Notes under the pieces: generated by a model
Databases searched by the model: none
Seen by the model: the letters and a program-made list of their open reading frames with translations, nothing else
Told to the model about the DNA's origin: nothing
NCBI GenBank assembly: GCA_039189905.1
Contig: JBCCYK010000003.1
Span: forward strand, 13,813 to 77,812
DNA: 64,000 bases
Source of the DNA: Planctomycetota bacterium
GTDB lineage: Bacteria > Planctomycetota > Planctomycetia > Pirellulales > Pirellulaceae
Reading direction: 5' to 3'
Position numbers and translations under genes: made by a program
In this document: piece after piece, positions 46,704 to 56,043 of the stretch
How the letters are laid out: the number at the start of each line of letters is the position of its first letter
How positions within the stretch are numbered: the stretch's first letter is position 1

Positions 46704-49642
46704 TTGGATTAAGGTGTGAGGCAAGCGGCCAAACGCGTTTTCTTGGCCACTCCCACTTTTCAACGAGACACGGTTTCTTCTTACTCGCTGGCTCCTTGGC
46801 GGTTTCCATGTTGCATTGGCTTGATCGGACCACTTGTCTTGTTGTGTTGGTTGCCGTCGGCTCGATCGTAGCGGCGGACGAGGCCACATGGGAAACCGTC
46901 GAGACAATTGGGATGCCAACGGCCCGTCACGAGGCCGCGTTCATTGCCTTTGAAAACAAGGCCTATCTCATCGGTGGACGTCGCATCAACCCGGTGGATG
47001 TGTTTGACCCAACGACCAAGACTTGGACCGCGCTATCACCCACCCCGATAGAGCTGCATCATTTTCAAGCGGTCGTGGTGGACGACGCGATTTATCTGAT
47101 GGGCGCGATGACGGGCCGTTATCCCCGTGAGACACCACTGGAAAAGGTGGTGGTTTACTATCCCAAACGCGATGAGTTTGCATTCGTTCATGGGATACCC
47201 GAGTCGCGGCGACGCGGGGGCGCGGGCGCGGTCTATCATGATGGGCGCATCTACTTGGTGGGTGGCATCACCAATGGGCACGTCGACGGTTATGTGCCCT
47301 GGTTGGACGCCTATGACCCCGTGACCGGTGATTGGGAAATCCTGCCGGACGCCCCGCATGCGCGGGATCACTTTCAAGCTGCGGTTGTTGACGGCAAGCT
47401 CGTGGCCGCGGCAGGTCGCCGCACGGAACAGAAGAAAAACGCCACCTTTCGCCAAACCGTGGAGGAGGTGGACGTATTCGAATTCGAACAAGGTCGTTGG
47501 TTGCCCGAACCGCACACCCCGGCGCCCATACCCACGAAACGAGCGGGCAACATGGCGATGGCTTACGAAGGGATGCTGGTCATCGGTGGCGGGGAAAGTG
47601 GCGACCAAAAGCCGGCGCACGACGAGGTTGAGGTACTCGACATCCAGTCAGGGCAATGGAGTGATTGGCCTTCTCTCCAACGCGGTCGACATGGAAGCGG
47701 GTTTGCCGTCATTGGAGATGAAGTTTACATCGCGTCAGGAAGCGGGAACCGCGGCGGTGGACCCGAACTGACGTCGCTGGAAAGACTGCGACTATCAACG
47801 TTGCCCCGCAAAGGCACACACAAGCCCGTCGCGACTTCGACAAGCGCGTTGTGGCATCCCATGGAGTTTTCGTTTCAAGGCCCTGAAACATCCGAATCAG
47901 CCACACCCAATCCTTTCACCCACTATCAACTGGACGTGACATTTCGGTGCGGCGATGACGTGCGTCGGATACGCGGCTTCTACGCCGCTGATGGCCGAGC
48001 AGCGGATAGCGGTGCAACGAGCGGGGGCATCTGGAAGGCTCGTTTCACACCAGATCTTGTCGGCACCTGGTCTTACCAAGCAGAACTGAACCTGGTTGTC
48101 GACCGTGCGGTCGGGGATGCGATCAAGGGCAAACGAGAGCCAGTGCAACTCTCCGGTGCAAGTGGAAGTTTCCACGTGGTGCCGCGCCCGGGCCGCCAAG
48201 ACGTCTCTTCACGGGATTTCTATGAACGTGGTTTCATCCGCATCAAAGAGGGATTCTTTCGTTTTGCACTCAATCGTGGCGTGTGGATCAAGACCGGCTG
48301 TGGCAGCCCCGAGAATCTGCTGGCCTACAGCGACTTTGATGGCACCTCGCGAGTTGTTCGCAGTGAGCGCGAAGGTGAAGCGGTCGCTCCCGAGGATGTG
48401 CATCGGTATCAACCTCATGTGCGCGATTGGCAGGAAGGAGATCCAATTTGGGCCAACGGACGCGGAAAGGGGTTGATTGGCGGGATCAACTATCTCGCCA
48501 GTCAGGGAGTCAACTCCGTCTACTTCTTGACACTCAACCTCGAAGGCGATGGCCAAGACGTTTGGCCCTACACGTCACCGAACGACTTCGCGCGTTTCGA
48601 TTGCAGCAAGCTAGAACAATGGGATCGTGTGTTTGAGCGCATGCAGCGCAAAGGGATCGCGTTACACATGGTTTTGCAGGAGACCGAGAACGAACGCTTG
48701 CTCGACGACGGCGACGTCGGGCGTTTGCGTCGGCTCTACTACCAAGAGCTGATTGCCAGGTTTGCCCATCATCCGGCCCTGATTTGGAATCTGGGCGAGG
48801 AAAACGGGCCAGCCGATTTCTCACCCCGCGGCCAGACGAATGAACAACAGAAGCATATGGCGGACTTCTTTGAGAAACACGACCCTTATGACCATCCGGT
48901 CATCATTCACACGCACGCGACGGGGAAAGCGAAAGACAAAGTGACAACAGGTTTGGTTGGGCACGAGTCGTTGGATGGTTTGTCGTTCCAAGTGCATCGG
49001 CCTGAAGAGGTCCACGGGGAGGTCCGTCGTTGGATAAACAAGAGCAAGAAGGCGGGACATCGATGGCTGATTGGCATGGATGAGATTGGGCCCTGGCAAG
49101 ACGGCGTCGTGACGGACTCCGAGGATCCGGACCACGATGTCATACGGCGACACGTGCTATGGGGATCTTTGCTGGCGGGGGCATCGGGCGTCGACTGGTA
49201 CTTTGGTGCCAAGCACCCACACAATGATCTGACGTCAGAAGATTGGCGAGAGCGGGAAGCGATGTGGCAACAGTCCGCGATCGCCCGCAGGTTCTTCGAG
49301 TCCCATCTGGATCTGTCCAAACTGAAATCGGATGATGAACGCTCGGATTGTCCCAACGACTTTTGCAGCGTGATCGAGAACGAAGCGTGCGTGATCTATT
49401 TGAGCGGCGGTGAGACCACGCGCGTCAGGCTACCCGTGACCAACAAAAACTCCGAGGGTCACGCCGAGTCTTGGTCGGTCCGTTGGTTTGATCCCAAGTC
49501 AGGTGGGCCGCTGCAAACGGGTTCCATCGATTCGGTCGCCGGGGCCGATTGGGTTGCTGTTGGCCAGCCACCCATAGATCGCCATGAGGCGGTAGTCGAT
49601 CAAGACTGGGTGGTTCTGTTGCGGAGCCATGGCGGCCAGTAG
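46700..49642 (+). CDS. Kelch-repeat / DUF5060 / glycoside-hydrolase-like secreted protein
   Basis: N-terminal Kelch-type repeats (YLIGGRR, IYLMGAM, IYLVGGI), then a DUF5060-like segment (WHPMEFSFQGPETSE, YQLDVTF), then a TIM-barrel-like region. ATG 46700 overlaps the purC stop (ATGA). An alternative start at 46808 (MLHWLDR) gives a cleaner signal peptide. Confidence 0.6.
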   Translation: MIGLRCEASGQTRFLGHSHFSTRHGFFLLAGSLAVSMLHWLDRTTCLVVLVAVGSIVAADEATWETVETIGMPTARHEAAFIAFENKAYLIGGRRINPVDVFDPTTKTWTALSPTPIELHHFQAVVVDDAIYLMGAMTGRYPRETPLEKVVVYYPKRDEFAFVHGIPESRRRGGAGAVYHDGRIYLVGGITNGHVDGYVPWLDAYDPVTGDWEILPDAPHARDHFQAAVVDGKLVAAAGRRTEQKKNATFRQTVEEVDVFEFEQGRWLPEPHTPAPIPTKRAGNMAMAYEGMLVIGGGESGDQKPAHDEVEVLDIQSGQWSDWPSLQRGRHGSGFAVIGDEVYIASGSGNRGGGPELTSLERLRLSTLPRKGTHKPVATSTSALWHPMEFSFQGPETSESATPNPFTHYQLDVTFRCGDDVRRIRGFYAADGRAADSGATSGGIWKARFTPDLVGTWSYQAELNLVVDRAVGDAIKGKREPVQLSGASGSFHVVPRPGRQDVSSRDFYERGFIRIKEGFFRFALNRGVWIKTGCGSPENLLAYSDFDGTSRVVRSEREGEAVAPEDVHRYQPHVRDWQEGDPIWANGRGKGLIGGINYLASQGVNSVYFLTLNLEGDGQDVWPYTSPNDFARFDCSKLEQWDRVFERMQRKGIALHMVLQETENERLLDDGDVGRLRRLYYQELIARFAHHPALIWNLGEENGPADFSPRGQTNEQQKHMADFFEKHDPYDHPVIIHTHATGKAKDKVTTGLVGHESLDGLSFQVHRPEEVHGEVRRWINKSKKAGHRWLIGMDEIGPWQDGVVTDSEDPDHDVIRRHVLWGSLLAGASGVDWYFGAKHPHNDLTSEDWREREAMWQQSAIARRFFESHLDLSKLKSDDERSDCPNDFCSVIENEACVIYLSGGETTRVRLPVTNKNSEGHAESWSVRWFDPKSGGPLQTGSIDSVAGADWVAVGQPPIDRHEAVVDQDWVVLLRSHGGQ

Positions 49643-49693
49643 CCTGCTGCGCGTCGGCGTCTCCTTTGATACTCTCTCACAGATCGAGTTCCC

Positions 49694-50674
49694 ATGCCTA
49701 TCCCGCGATCTTTGCCACCACAGGTTTCTTTCGCCCGGGCCGCGGGCTGCTTTCAGAGTTGGTTGGATGACGTTGCCTTGACGTTGTGTGAGGTGGTGGA
49801 CATCGGTGGGGCGAGGGTGGTCGACGCCGGTGTCAAGGCCAGCGGCTCCGTTTCGGCAGGCCTTTACCTGGCCCGACTTTGCATGGCCGACCTGGCGGAC
49901 ATTCGCCTCAACAACGCGCCGTCCGATTGGCCGGTTCATGATCTTGTTTCCGTGATCACGGATCATCCCCTCCAAGCATGCCTCGCGGCACAGTATGCCG
50001 GCTGGCCCCTTGGTGTTGATGATTACTTCGCGATGGCGAGCGGGCCGATGCGCTCCTTACGTGGGCGCGAAGAGATGCTCGAACACCTGAACCTCATTGT
50101 GCCCGCCGACGACACGGTGTCGGCCGTTGGAGTGCTGGAATCGGATTCCATGCCAACGCGGGCGGCGATCGAAGCGATTTGCGATCAAACGGGTGTAAGG
50201 CCCGAACGTGTCTGCCTGGGTGTCGCGCCAAGTTCCTCCATCGCGGGAAGTATTCAAGTCGTCGCCCGGTGCATCGAGACGGCCATGCACAAGCTGCACG
50301 CGTTGGACTTCGACGTGGCGCAAGTGTTGTCCGCAACCGGGCACGCTCCCCTCCCCGTTCCAGCCAAGCCCGGCGACATGGTCGAAGGCATCGGGCGCAC
50401 CAACGATGCCATTCTTTATGGAGGCGCTGTCACGATGTGGGTCGATTGCGATGATGACCTGATCGCGCATGTGATCGAACAAGTTCCCAGTCTTGCTTCC
50501 TCCGATCATGGTCGACGCTTTGCCGATGTCTTTCGAGCTTACGACCATGACTTTTACAAGGTGGACCCGATGCTCTTCAGTCCGGCGAAGATCACTCTCA
50601 ACTCGCTCCAGACGGGCAAGTCCTTCACAGCGGGCGACTATCGGTTGGACTTGTTGCGACCGGCAAACGCCTAA
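49694..50674 (+). CDS. mch: methenyltetrahydromethanopterin cyclohydrolase
   Basis: 326 aa. Conserved Mch blocks recognised by eye: ACLAAQYAGWP, AMASGPMRSLRG, GSIQVVARCIETAMHKL, GRTNDAILYGG. Confidence 0.8.
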   Translation: MPIPRSLPPQVSFARAAGCFQSWLDDVALTLCEVVDIGGARVVDAGVKASGSVSAGLYLARLCMADLADIRLNNAPSDWPVHDLVSVITDHPLQACLAAQYAGWPLGVDDYFAMASGPMRSLRGREEMLEHLNLIVPADDTVSAVGVLESDSMPTRAAIEAICDQTGVRPERVCLGVAPSSSIAGSIQVVARCIETAMHKLHALDFDVAQVLSATGHAPLPVPAKPGDMVEGIGRTNDAILYGGAVTMWVDCDDDLIAHVIEQVPSLASSDHGRRFADVFRAYDHDFYKVDPMLFSPAKITLNSLQTGKSFTAGDYRLDLLRPANA

Positions 50675-50682
50675 TGCTTGGG

Positions 50683-51822
50683 TTAGGCCGCTTTGACTTG
50701 CGACACGTCGACGAGGTGTCGATGGAGATCGTCGACGGCCTGGCAAACATGTTCCACCCCAATGCTTCGCATCGCCCGATTGTCAGCGCGACGACGATGC
50801 CGCCGACTGCCCGACTCGTATGCGTTCTGGAGCGCAGTATGGCCGTAGGGACCACAGTCACCAGGGCGGGTCGCTCCGTAAAGCCCTATGGTGGCGGTGT
50901 CCACGGCGACGGACATGTGCAGCGGCCCGGTATCACCACTGATAAACAAGTCCGCTGACTCGATCAACGCGGCCAGTGACATGAGAGAGGTATCCGGGGT
51001 CAGCGTCGCGGTCCCAGCCGACGCCTCGACAATCTGTTCCGCCATCAGTCGTTCCTCGAAGGTGCCCCACACGACCCACGCGCGGTAGCCATAGCGATCG
51101 GACAGGTATCGCGCGGTCGATGCAAAACGATCGGCTTCCCATAACTTGGACGGCCACGTGCCACCCGGGTTGAGGATCACGATCCGTTTCTCATCAAATT
51201 GTGCCCGATACTGACGCGCCCATTGACGCTCACTTGGATCGATGGGGACGCGCCAGTGCACCGCCGGGCAGTGGATGCCAAGGGGACTCAGCAGTTCGAG
51301 CGAACGATCCGTCAGGTGGGTGAGCGCTGGGGGGACACGCTCGTTGTTGAAAAGCGGACTCAGCTCCAATGCATGGGCGCCTTGGTATCCGATACGACGC
51401 TTTGCACCGGAGAGAAAGCAGGCCAGCGACGATTTGGTGTTGCCCTGGCAATCGAGTGTGATTTCGAAATCGTGCTCACGCAGGGTTTCACGTGCCTGTT
51501 TCACACCTCGCCGCGATAGGAACCACTTGCGAGGCAATTCGATCACGGTGTCCAAGGCATCGTGTTCTCGCACCATGGTGGCCGCCTTGCTTTCGACGAC
51601 CCAGCCCAGATACGCATTGGGAAAGTGCTCTCGCAGCGCGCAGGCGACCGGCAACGTCAGGATCGTGTCTCCGACCGCGCTCATCCGCGAGATGAGGATT
51701 CTTGGATGATCCTCAGCCGTGATCGCAACGGGTGGCTGCGATGGGGAGAGTTTCTGCGAAGGCGTGCGCCGTTCGTCCGCTGCGGTGGCGTGACATATTG
51801 GGTGAGGTTCTCGCGTACCCAT
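50683..51822 (-). CDS. glycosyltransferase family 9 (heptosyltransferase-like)
   Basis: GT9 signatures ILISRMSAVGDTILTLP and FISGDTGPLHMSVAV. It has an N-terminal extension of about 40 aa relative to typical members. Confidence 0.8.
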   Translation of the reverse strand: MGTREPHPICHATAADERRTPSQKLSPSQPPVAITAEDHPRILISRMSAVGDTILTLPVACALREHFPNAYLGWVVESKAATMVREHDALDTVIELPRKWFLSRRGVKQARETLREHDFEITLDCQGNTKSSLACFLSGAKRRIGYQGAHALELSPLFNNERVPPALTHLTDRSLELLSPLGIHCPAVHWRVPIDPSERQWARQYRAQFDEKRIVILNPGGTWPSKLWEADRFASTARYLSDRYGYRAWVVWGTFEERLMAEQIVEASAGTATLTPDTSLMSLAALIESADLFISGDTGPLHMSVAVDTATIGLYGATRPGDCGPYGHTALQNAYESGSRRHRRRADNRAMRSIGVEHVCQAVDDLHRHLVDVSQVKAA

Positions 51823-51924
51823 CGATCAAACTTCCTGTTCTGGTGCAGAAGCCTGCTATCCCGCAAAGCATCCGGCGACGATAGCGATCAATGCGACATC
51901 ATCGCCAGTCCAGCGAAACAGAAA

Positions 51925-53379
51925 TCAGCGGCCGTCCTCATCGCTGGGGTCTTCTTGGGACGGTTTCCGAACCCGACCCAAGCAGTAGCGAAGCTGATCC
52001 GCCAGTTCCGGAAATCGAAACTGGTACCCCGATTCAAGCAGACGGTTTGGTGTTACCCGACTGCTCGCGAGCAAGAGTGCATCAGCCATTTCCCCCAACG
52101 CGAACCGCAGCAGGGGCGCCGGTGCCGGGAAAAGGGCCGGGATACCAATCACCTTTCCAAGCACACGCACAAAATCCGCGTTTTGAATCGGGTTGGGCGA
52201 CACGAAATTGAAGGGGCCCGACAGGCTGTCGGAAGCGAGCAGGTGATAGAGTCCACCCACGACATCGTCCAGCCCGATCCAGCTCCACCACTGACGTCCG
52301 TTTCCCAGTCGTCCGCCGGCAAGTTTCGCGGGAAGCAGCATCTTCTGCAGTGCGCCGCCGTTGGGATCCAGCACGATGCCGAGTCGCGCGTGGGCGACAC
52401 GGCAACCGGCGTCCACGGCTGGCTGACAAGCCCGTTCCCACTCGACGGCGACGCCGGATAAAAAGTCATCCCCCGGGGGAGACTGCTCGGTTAGCAACGC
52501 ATCGCCACAGGATCCATAAATGCCCGTTGCAGACGCACACAGGAACGTTCTGGGACCGTCTTCGCAACTTGCGATCAACTCCGCCAAATGGCGCGTCTTC
52601 TCCACCCGACTGGAGAGAATCTCGGATTTCAGCTTCTTGCTCCATCGACCACTTGCGATGGACTTACCGGCAAGGTGAATGACGGCATCCACACCACGAA
52701 GTTTGCGGGCTTCCTGAGGTTCTCCCCAAGGAGCGATCGCGTCGCTGTCTGCCTTGTCGCCGCGCGTAATTGGCAGGACTCGGTGTCCCAGCAGTGTCAG
52801 CAAACTGGCAATGGAGCTTCCCACTAAGCCTGAGGTCCCGGAGATCGCAATGGTCATCGGCGCGACGGCGTAGCGACTGTGCAAAGCAAGATCATCGTGC
52901 GTGATTCGATGACGATAAGCAAACAGCGACTCAATCGCGCGTCGTGCCAAGCGGCCACCCAACAGGCGTCCGGCCCATCCCAATGGAAGTCGGTAACGAA
53001 GGTCGTCCGTTAAGTCGCACTGGTAATCGTTGATTGGCTGAAATTGATGGAAGTGGTTCCAGGAGTGGAAAGGACCTGCGTCCTGAGTATCCGCAAATCC
53101 ATGCGGTGGAGAATACTCCGTGTGTCGGGCTCGCCACCGAAGCGGCATGCCGAGAACCTTCGCTTTCATGACGACGCGACTGCCAACATGCAACGATTGA
53201 TCCGACGACTCGACACGGACGGATTCCCATGGAGGCGTCAAACGTTGCAAGCACCCAGGCCGCTCGTGATACGCAAACGCCTCCTCCGCTGAAACCGGCA
53301 AATCGATCTTCGCTCGATAGCGTTCGTCGCCCGCATGCGGTGGCGGCACATTCGTTCCGTCACCAGTCGGGTTCATCAT
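51925..53379 (-). CDS. SRPBCC-domain / TIGR01777 (YfcH-like) NAD-dependent epimerase-family fusion protein
   Basis: N-terminal START/polyketide-cyclase-like region, then the Rossmann motif IAISGTSGLVGSS and a DUF1731-like C-terminus. Confidence 0.7.
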   Translation of the reverse strand: MMNPTGDGTNVPPPHAGDERYRAKIDLPVSAEEAFAYHERPGCLQRLTPPWESVRVESSDQSLHVGSRVVMKAKVLGMPLRWRARHTEYSPPHGFADTQDAGPFHSWNHFHQFQPINDYQCDLTDDLRYRLPLGWAGRLLGGRLARRAIESLFAYRHRITHDDLALHSRYAVAPMTIAISGTSGLVGSSIASLLTLLGHRVLPITRGDKADSDAIAPWGEPQEARKLRGVDAVIHLAGKSIASGRWSKKLKSEILSSRVEKTRHLAELIASCEDGPRTFLCASATGIYGSCGDALLTEQSPPGDDFLSGVAVEWERACQPAVDAGCRVAHARLGIVLDPNGGALQKMLLPAKLAGGRLGNGRQWWSWIGLDDVVGGLYHLLASDSLSGPFNFVSPNPIQNADFVRVLGKVIGIPALFPAPAPLLRFALGEMADALLLASSRVTPNRLLESGYQFRFPELADQLRYCLGRVRKPSQEDPSDEDGR

Positions 53380-53472
53380 TCAGACCGCCGAAGGGGCGTA
53401 TCCATCCGTGGGGAAACGCCAATGGGAGTAAATGCAATCTTCCGAGCTCTGGATCCTTCGCCCGAAACCCGT

Positions 53473-54531
53473 TCAAGCCTCCAACTCGGCGAGCTGCGCG
53501 TTGCCCGCCATTGCACGAAGCTTGTCGAGGGCACGTCTCTCGAGCTGGCGTACGCGTTCTTTCGAGACGCCCAAACGGTCGGCCAGAGACTGCAGCGTAT
53601 GCACTTTTCGATGCGAGCCAAGCGAGAACCGGGCCCGAATGATGAGCTTCTCGCGTCGGTCGAGATGTCCCAACATCACACTCAGCCTGCTACGGAGTTC
53701 ATGCCAGCGTTTCTCGCTGATCGCTGATTCGCGTTCTTCTTCACTGAGATCCAAATCCATGTCCTGCAATCCTCCCAGTACCTTCTGGCGTTCTTGCTGT
53801 TTCAACACAACCGTGCGATAGGAGTTTCGTCGGACGACTTGCGTCGCGTAGGTGCTGAAGCGGAAGCCACGATCGAAGTCGAATTTTTCGACCGCCCGGA
53901 TCAAAGCCACAATGCCATCACTCAAGAGATCATCGAAGTTGTTGTTCGGATTAACGAACTTTTTCACGATCGAGAAGACGAGTCGCAGGTTGGCCTCGAC
54001 AATTCGGTCACGATGCCAGTCCGCCAACGCGATGAGCGTTTCAATCAGCTCCAGCCGAAGGCGAGAGGGGCGTTCCGAATTTAGCAGACTGCGATGGATC
54101 GCTGCCTGTTGAAGCAGGAAATTCATCCGCTCAAAGAGCATCTTCTCTTGATCGGGCTTGAGCAGCGGGGCCTCGCACAGGCGGCTCAGGTGAATGGGCA
54201 GGTCAATGCCGCTCTTACGAATGGCGGCCAGTCCGAGCGCCGTCTGCCGGGGCCCCAGGTCCAGGGGCTGACTGAAGATCCGCTTTCCCTGTCGCGTGTC
54301 CGCGAACGACTCATTGCCGATGAAGTCAATCTCGGCTTTCAGACGTCGCCGCGTGGCTTGTCGCAGGGCCAACGGGTCAAAGGCGTTGAAATTCGTCAAA
54401 AGAGGCCGGCATTCCGCGAGGGCGACCGCGAGTTCGGGGGAGCGAAGCCACGCTGGCTTGCGGGCGGGAAGCGCTCGCCGCTTCGGGCTCTCGGTTGTGG
54501 GCAACGACTCTTCAAGGCTTCTAGTGACCAT
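53473..54531 (-). CDS. RNA polymerase sigma-70 family factor
   Basis: Region 2 (NLRLVFSIVKKF, LLSDGIVALIRAVEKFDFDRGFRFSTYATQVVRR) and region 4.2 (TLQSLADRLGVSKERVRQLERRALDKLR) are present. The start MVTRSLEE at 54531 is chosen; the ORF is open to 54762. Confidence 0.85.
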   Translation of the reverse strand: MVTRSLEESLPTTESPKRRALPARKPAWLRSPELAVALAECRPLLTNFNAFDPLALRQATRRRLKAEIDFIGNESFADTRQGKRIFSQPLDLGPRQTALGLAAIRKSGIDLPIHLSRLCEAPLLKPDQEKMLFERMNFLLQQAAIHRSLLNSERPSRLRLELIETLIALADWHRDRIVEANLRLVFSIVKKFVNPNNNFDDLLSDGIVALIRAVEKFDFDRGFRFSTYATQVVRRNSYRTVVLKQQERQKVLGGLQDMDLDLSEEERESAISEKRWHELRSRLSVMLGHLDRREKLIIRARFSLGSHRKVHTLQSLADRLGVSKERVRQLERRALDKLRAMAGNAQLAELEA

Positions 54532-54819
54532 CGTGCGAACCTGTTGGAGGGAGATTGAACAACCTGGTGCGCGAGCCCCATCCTGAGGGACACCGGACTG
54601 CCATGGACGAAATTCTCGTCCAAAACGTCCAAGTCGTGCAATTAGGTATATCGTTGGCGTTCGGCTGGGACAAGCGAATAGATGCAGGAACTCGTCGGTT
54701 TCACCAAAAATTCTTTTGCGGGTCGCACGGGTCGCATCTGATTTCCGGAACGAAAAGCGCATTTATTTGCAAAAACACGGCGAAACGGTCCTCCGCCGAG
54801 CTTCCCGGCGCCGCTACAA

Positions 54820-54851
54820 TTGAACGTTTCTTAGTCGTGCAAAACGTTCAA
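54820..54851. promoter_or_regulatory. perfect 10-bp inverted repeat, candidate operator
   Basis: TTGAACGTTT (54820-54829), a 12-nt spacer, then AAACGTTCAA (54842-54851). It ends 40 nt upstream of the GTG start of the HTH/B12-like regulator, in the 360-nt divergent region shared with the sigma factor gene. Confidence 0.5.
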
Positions 54852-54891
54852 AAGTGGCCGTTTCGCATCCACGCGTAGGCAGAGTCGTCCC

Positions 54892-55800
54892 GTGGCCGCC
54901 CGTCAGCCTCAGTTTTCGCCGAAGAACATCGCGAAAGCACTCCAAGTGAGTGAATCGTCGGTGAAGCGTTGGTGTGACAGCGGGGCGATCGCCACCATCA
55001 AGACGGTTGGCGGGCATCGTCGCATTTCCTTGGATGCTCTGCAGAAGTACCTGAACGACACCGACCGGCAGCTTCTTCGCCCCGAGGTCTTGGGGTTACC
55101 GAACCTGGCCCCGAATCGGCGGATGCGGATCCAAGGGGACAATGACCCCGTCAATCAGGCGTTTCGAGACGCCCTGGCGGAGGGCGATGAGCCGATTTGT
55201 CGACAGCTGTTGCAGAAGCGAATTGCAGAAGGATCGACACGAAGCGAGGCGGCCGAATCACTGATCACCGATGCCATGCATGGTTTCGGGGAGGCATGGG
55301 ACTGCAACGAGTTGGATGTTTACCAGGAGCGACGTGGCTGTGACATCGCGATGCGTCTGATCTATGAGTTGCGTTCTGACATGCCCGTGCCAGACCGCGA
55401 TGCTCCGATCGCGATTGGCGGGGCACCCGAAGGAGATCCCTATCAGTTGCCAACGGCTCTGGTGGAGTTGGCCTTGCGAGAGGTGGGTTGGAACGCGACG
55501 AACTTGGGCAATAACCTGCCGATGGACAGCTTCATTCAGGCAGCCCATGACTATGACCCTCAGTTAGTATGGATGAGTGTTTCCACGGTCACGGAGGTGG
55601 ATATGTTCGTGGCGGCACAGAACCAATTTGCGATGGCGTTGGGCGAAGATGTTCCGCTTCTCATTGGCGGGAGGGCTTGTGGTGATACCTTGCGCCCGCG
55701 TCTTCGCTACACGGCGCACTGCGATTCCCTTCGCCACTTGGTGGATCTGGCGGCGCTCATGCGATTGAGCTTGAAGAACGCAGAGCGTGCCAAAGGCTAG
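54892..55800 (+). CDS. HTH (MerR/excisionase-type) regulator with B12-binding-like domain (LitR/CarH-like, degenerate ligand motifs)
   Basis: N-terminal HTH (IAKALQVSESSVKRWCDSGAIATIKTVGGHRRISLDAL), then a helical-bundle segment with W-x9-E-R, then a Rossmann-like B12-binding fold (IAIGGAPEGDPYQLPTALVELALREVGW, VPLLIGGRAC). GTG start. Confidence 0.7.
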   Translation: MAARQPQFSPKNIAKALQVSESSVKRWCDSGAIATIKTVGGHRRISLDALQKYLNDTDRQLLRPEVLGLPNLAPNRRMRIQGDNDPVNQAFRDALAEGDEPICRQLLQKRIAEGSTRSEAAESLITDAMHGFGEAWDCNELDVYQERRGCDIAMRLIYELRSDMPVPDRDAPIAIGGAPEGDPYQLPTALVELALREVGWNATNLGNNLPMDSFIQAAHDYDPQLVWMSVSTVTEVDMFVAAQNQFAMALGEDVPLLIGGRACGDTLRPRLRYTAHCDSLRHLVDLAALMRLSLKNAERAKG

Positions 55801-56043
55801 CATCGTCTCGAGCACGGCGTTTTTGTCTTTCAGCGATCCCGTTCGGCGGATCGCCATCCTTTGTGCCCACGTAAACGTGTCGTTGAACCACAGGGGGATC
55901 TGCCTGTCGACTGACGTGTGACGTCGTGTTGCGTTAATCTTCGGGGGTGACGTCTCCAGGCGGATGGCACCGAAGAACACGTGCTTCCCGGTGCTGCGAG
56001 TACGCTCTTCAATGTTCCGTCGCGCCGTGATTGGATTGGCAAC

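Noticed and set aside
55833-55854. Hairpin GCGATCC-N8-GGATCGC after the HTH/B12-like regulator gene as a terminator
   Set aside because: The stem is only 7 bp and is followed by CATCCTTTGTG rather than a U-tract, which is too weak to call. It may still matter if the regulator and the downstream permease are differentially expressed.
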